Part shown: positions 58,944 through 64,000 of the stretch, one piece after another | How the letters are laid out: the number at the start of each line of letters is the position of its first letter | Numbering within the stretch: the stretch's first letter is position 1 | Assembly: GCF_036321535.1 (NCBI RefSeq) | Contig: NC_087437.1 | Span: 51,338,001 to 51,402,000 of the forward strand | Reading direction: 5' to 3' | Source of the DNA: Camelus dromedarius | Lineage: Eukaryota | Length of the DNA: 64,000 nucleotides | Position numbers and translations under genes: made by a program | The notes under the pieces: generated by a model | Database searches by the model: none | Told to the model about the DNA's origin: nothing | Seen by the model: the letters and a program-made list of their open reading frames with translations, nothing else

Positions 58944-61900
58944 AAACAGAGAGAGGTATACTTGGTTTCTCTCCAACTCTGACTGATCAGCCCTTGAAGT
59001 AGATGACCACAGACTTCTGAAACCTCTTTGACAAGGTAGCCTTTCCTTAACACCTGGTGGAGAGGAAGAAGAGGGGTGTTGTGGCCACTAGGTGGTACTG
59101 TGGTGCCTCGCTAATTGACCATCGCCAAGGTTCATGGTACTGGTAGGTTTTCTAGCCTTTCTGGACCAATTTGAAGTCCTGGAGTGGTGTGCCTGAACCT
59201 ATTTACATAAGAGAGTCCTAGTCCAAACTCTCAGGAGGTGATAATGCTGAGCATATGTAAGGCCCATTAACACCTGCCAGTCTTTCACGTGCTTTATCCA
59301 GTGCTTTGTCCAGTTGATCCGGTACTACTGTCAGGAAAGCTGGGCTACTTTTCATCTTAAAAACAAGGAAATTTGTTCAAGGTCTTATGACTCTTGGAGG
59401 GTAAAGCTAAGAACTTGAGCCTCACAATCCAGAATTTTTTTGCTTCAGCATACAGTGAAGGGAAATTTTTTGCAGAGGCAAATACAACCCCAAGCCAGCA
59501 ATGGTTATCCTAAGAACAGAGGAATATCGTGCGAAATAAGCTTTCCCCTAATATTAAGAGTGTTTGCTGTATGACAGGCATTTTGCTAAATACTTTTCAT
59601 GTGTTACTGTAATTAACCTTCACATCAGCCCTGTGAAGTAAGTCTTACCCCATTTTCAGGTGAGGAGCCTGAAGTTCACAGAGGTCCCGTAATTGGTAAT
59701 TGATAGCGCAAGGATTTGTTATTGGACTGTAGAGCTACGGTTTGTCATCATCCTATATTGTCTCTTTTAACCTCAACCATGAGACATGCCCTTCTATCTT
59801 ATCTTTTTGAGCTTGTTCTTACCTTCCTATAATAACCCTTACTGTGTTAACACTTCAACTGTGGCAGATGTCTCTGGTACAAGTGGCCCTTCTGGACATC
59901 ACAGAGAAAACGGTTGCCTTTCTTCATTTCAGTTAGGTGGAAAGGAGTAAGCTGAGGAAGAGGACACTGAACTGTACTCAGGGGTGTGAAGGGGCATTAC
60001 TCAGTATTTCTAAAGAGGAAAAAATGAGCTGGCCAAGATTTAGCTTAATTTACTTTTCTCATTCAGTAAATCTCAGTTTCTCCTTTGTCAGTTGACCTAC
60101 TGCCTAGAGAGCATATGAAGGTTATGGCATGGACCTAACAGGCACAGTTAAATACAAATAATTATAGAATACCTCTAATTTATACCTAATGAGTGGCAGA
60201 GATCAGAAGTGGCTTATAGAACTTTTTAGGAGGAAGATACTCCTTCTAGTTGGGGTGATTGGGGAAGGCTTACAGGAGTGTAACACTTGAGTGGCCTAAA
60301 AAAATAGAAAGGGTAGAAGGGAACATTAAAAGCAAAGCAAAGGGTGTCCTTTTAAATATGGCAGGTTAAACACATGGACTTTTTACTCCTTCCAAAACCC
60401 TGTTCGAATGCCAGCAAAGGAATTCTTCAAAAAAGGCATGTCACTCAATGATAAGGAAAACAATAAGTGACAATAATGAATGAGAAACATGAACATTTAG
60501 GGGGAAAAAATTAAGGGTGAATGTTGACTTAGCAGAGCAGAATGAGATGGGCTCTACCTGCTGAGGTGGTTATTAACAAGAAGCAAGCCAGTGTGCCCTT
60601 CTGAACCTGGAAAAGGCTCAATAGAAGTGCGTAAGGATTGGAGCTGCGAACCAGGGGTGGGATAGAGGGAAATCAGATGAAGGTCTGTATGAGAAAGAGC
60701 CCCCCAGGTACCCACTTTATCCAATCCAGCTGAGTTTAGTCTCTGGAGAAATGGTGGAGAGGAAATTCTCAAAGAAATACTTATGAAGGTTTCTAAACCA
60801 GAAAGTCATGAGTTTCTAGACTGACAGCTTGTTAGTGCCCAGCGTAGTGAGTAAAATAGCACCATGAAATTTCAGATCCTCAGGGAAGATGTAAACTATT
60901 AGGACCTCCAGACTAAATAGACATGGTGGGGATGGGAGTGAGAAACTAGATTGAAAAGGAAAGGTGAAGTGAAAGTATATGAGTGGTAAAGCTCTGAATA
61001 TCAGCACACACCAGCTGGTCCCCCTGGCAAAAACAAACTAATTGAAGAAAAAAGGCCTACAAATACTTAAGTTTTTGTTTCCTTTAAAAAAAAAAAAAGC
61101 CCAACTTTCCCCCACTGATCACCCTACAGTGAAGACTATAGGTAATAAGCCTTGTACATGGACAGAGCTTCCTATCAGCTTTTTTTGGTATCTCACTCTT
61201 AAATATAAACAGACTGTTAAGGGCCACTAGACACTTGAAACTTCCAACATGAAAGGCAGGGACCAAAATGAACAGAAAATTAAAACCAAGGAAACTGACA
61301 AAGCAGGGAGCTTCTTGAAAACCTGGGGCAGAGGGTGGGCTCTAATTCTCAAAACTCAGGGAAGATACTGTGTCTGAATAAAATGCTATAAAAAGGAGGA
61401 GTTGGAGAACAAGAGCTCTTAGAAATTAAGTAAACATTTTTTTCCTACTGAGAACTAGAGGACTACAGAGCCAAATAGGAGGGAGACTGTATATCCATCC
61501 TTAGGTACTTACTGAATTTTGGATTGTGAGTATTTTACCTATACAATTGGTTAGGGGAGAGGTTGGAAATAATGTTAAGAAAATCTTGCAAAAAGGTGAA
61601 ATCATTTTTAAAAAGGAAATGGATGATGAGGGGAAAAAAGGATCAATCCAGAAGGTCCAACATCTGACAGGAGTTGCAGAAAGAACAGGAAAAACAGTCA
61701 TGATGTTATTAAATAAGTCAAGAAAATGTTGAATTTCCAGATGGGAAGGGCTCACCAAACACCTAGCACAGTAAATAAGCACAGTAAATGAGGCATATCA
61801 CCAAGAAATTTCAGAACCTCCAGGGATAAAAATAACTTCCTAAAGACTTCCAATGAGTTTAAAATAAGTTGTGTACAAATGCTTAGAAAAAGTAAAGAGA

Positions 61901-62939
61901 TAACACTGACCACTTGACAGCAACACTGGAAGTTAGAAGACAATGGAGTGATTCCTTCAAAATTCTGAAGGAAAATTACTTTCAACTCAGAATCATACTT
62001 TCATCTTTTCAAGTTCCCCCTCAGATTTTGATTTCCCATGCTTTCAAGGGACACTACCAGGGGATGTGCTTTACTAAAGCAAAGGAGTAAAGTATCCAGG
62101 AAACCGATCCAACACAGAGGAGAGGTAAAGGGAATTCTGAGAATGATGTAGAGAAGTCCCAGGATGACATCTGTTCACAGGCTGAGATAGTCAGCAGCAC
62201 AGACCAGAACAATGGAATGGAAGGCTCCAGGATAGAAAACGGTTGGATTATCTAGTACATTGGACTGAATGAGTAAAACATGTACTGAGAAAACTTAGAT
62301 TATGTGGAAAGTCTTAATGATAAGTACACTATATAAAAAACAAAAGCAAATGAAAAAGCAAGGCAGTGATGAATGCTGGAGAAAAAGTTGTAAAGGAAGC
62401 ATTTATTCATAATCAAAATATCAATACTAAGTACTGTATTATTTTAACCAAAAAGCGTGATTTTGTAAATTAAAGAGGTTAGGGGGAGATGGGAGAAAGA
62501 TAAATCCATCAATCAAAATTGGAAATAAATAAACAATGTCCAGAATGCATAAATTAAGAAATAGGAGCTACAGGGTGGAAGGAAACATCCGTGGGGCCAC
62601 GAGCTGGGTGCATTTAGTAACTCTACCCCACGTCCCTTGTGAAAGTCTGAGACTAGGGCCAAAAGCGGCCCCAACAGGGCCCTCCCTGAGCTTATGTAAG
62701 GTAAGTTCCCAGAGCAGGAACCTCTGGGGCTAGGGCAGAGGGGACAGGAGATGCCGTGTACCCGCCCTTGGGGAGGGTCCTAGCAGATGACCGCTTAACC
62801 TGTGCTTGGAACAGACTCGTGGCCTACGAAGTGAGTTCAATGGCAGAGTTGAGGTACCCTACATGGGGGCATTATAACGCAATTCAGACTACTTTCCCCC
62901 ACCCCCTCCTCAGGGAAAAAAAATAGTATGAGCTAAAAA

Positions 62940-62941
<2 letters not shown>

Positions 62942-63017
<76 letters not shown>
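62942..63017. repeat. (AC)n microsatellite, perfect, about 38 units
   Basis: Directly visible. Confidence 0.97.
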
Positions 63018-63019
<2 letters not shown>

Positions 63020-63199
63020 GAGTGGGGATGAAAATGCGATAGAGGACTACTGTTAAACATCTTTCTTAATGCTATTTGACTAAGCACACATAACAGTTTG
63101 ATAAAAATTTAAAGGGATATGAGTGAAAATATACCAGGTGTGTGCAGAGGCTAGCAAATGGGTTGAATTGCCTAAGTCAAAACTTAAGCCAGGATGTAA

Positions 63200-63840
63200 T
63201 GATAAAAATGCTGTAAAGGTAGGTAGAGGTTAAATTATGGAGGGCTTTGAATATCATGCTATAGCTATTGGAAGGGCATTGGGAGATGTGGAGAGGGTTT
63301 TGATTGGAAGAGGTGTCTGAAAGAGGTCCTTAGTCTTCAAAAGCTAATTTGACAACAGTATACGAAACGGATTGGGAGGATCCCACACTTGTTACTGTGG
63401 CCTGAAAGGACCTATGCAATCTGGTCTCAGTTTACTTTCCAAGCCTCATCTCCCACTATCCCTGTAGTCACAATGGCCTTCTTTTTGTTCCTCAAATTGG
63501 GCAAGTTTATTCTTGTCTTGAGCCTTTATGCTTGGCTGTGCCCTCTGCCTGGAATGCTCTTTCCCTAGACCAGACCTTCTTATAGCTGCTTCCTTGTTAG
63601 TTCTAGGTCTTAGTTCAAATGGAAGAGGCCTTTTTTGAATACTATTCCTCTTTCCTATCACATCACTCCATTTTCTTTTTCATAGCATTTGTCACTCTGA
63701 AGTTAGTTATTTACAAGCTCTGTGTTCCTCTTTCCAGATGCGTAAAGGTCCTGAGAGCAGCCTTACCTGTCTTGTTTTGCTGTATCTCTTGCAGTATACC
63801 TTGCACATAACAGGCACTCAATATTTATTAAACGAATTAA
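63200..63840. mobile_element. L2 fragments
   Basis: CCCTCTGCCTGGAATGCTCTTTCCC and CAGGCACTCAATATTTATT L2 3' motifs. Confidence 0.65.
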
Positions 63841-64000
63841 AAGCTAAGGGGTGAGGAGATTTGTCAGGAACCCATTATAACTAGTTCTGGTTTGAGACTT
63901 CACGTTCCAGTCACACATGTATCTTCATTCTTGTACTCATTCTGCATTCAATCCATTTATTGAACCACTACTTTGCACCTAAGTACTGAGGTTACGAGGA

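Overview
Mammalian genomic DNA, probably camelid: six copies of a tRNA-derived SINE resemble the camelid Vic-1 type. It corresponds to the 5-HT3 receptor subunit cluster next to EIF2B5. Three + strand genes were reconstructed exon by exon. (1) A degenerate 9-exon HTR3C-like copy (6114-11189), most likely a pseudogene. It has two mutually compensating frameshifts, a GC donor, an AT...AC intron, an AA acceptor and a lost Cys-loop cysteine, yet no in-frame stop across the ancestral junctions. (2) An intact 9-exon HTR3E (27913-34480, 456 aa). (3) An intact 16-exon EIF2B5 (50729-58593, 721 aa) with a CpG-island promoter. The rest is mostly transposon-derived: a near full-length dead L1 with TSDs, an L1 carrying three nested insertions (RPL32 processed pseudogene, an unidentified polyadenylated insert, a younger L1 3' end), LTRs, MITEs, MIR/L2 and microsatellites. 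I found no wholly new biological system. The most unusual signals are the paired lesions of the HTR3C-like copy, a MIR-derived alternative start for HTR3E, and a fold-back around a (CA)n repeat. Homology calls are from recall of known sequences, not database searches.
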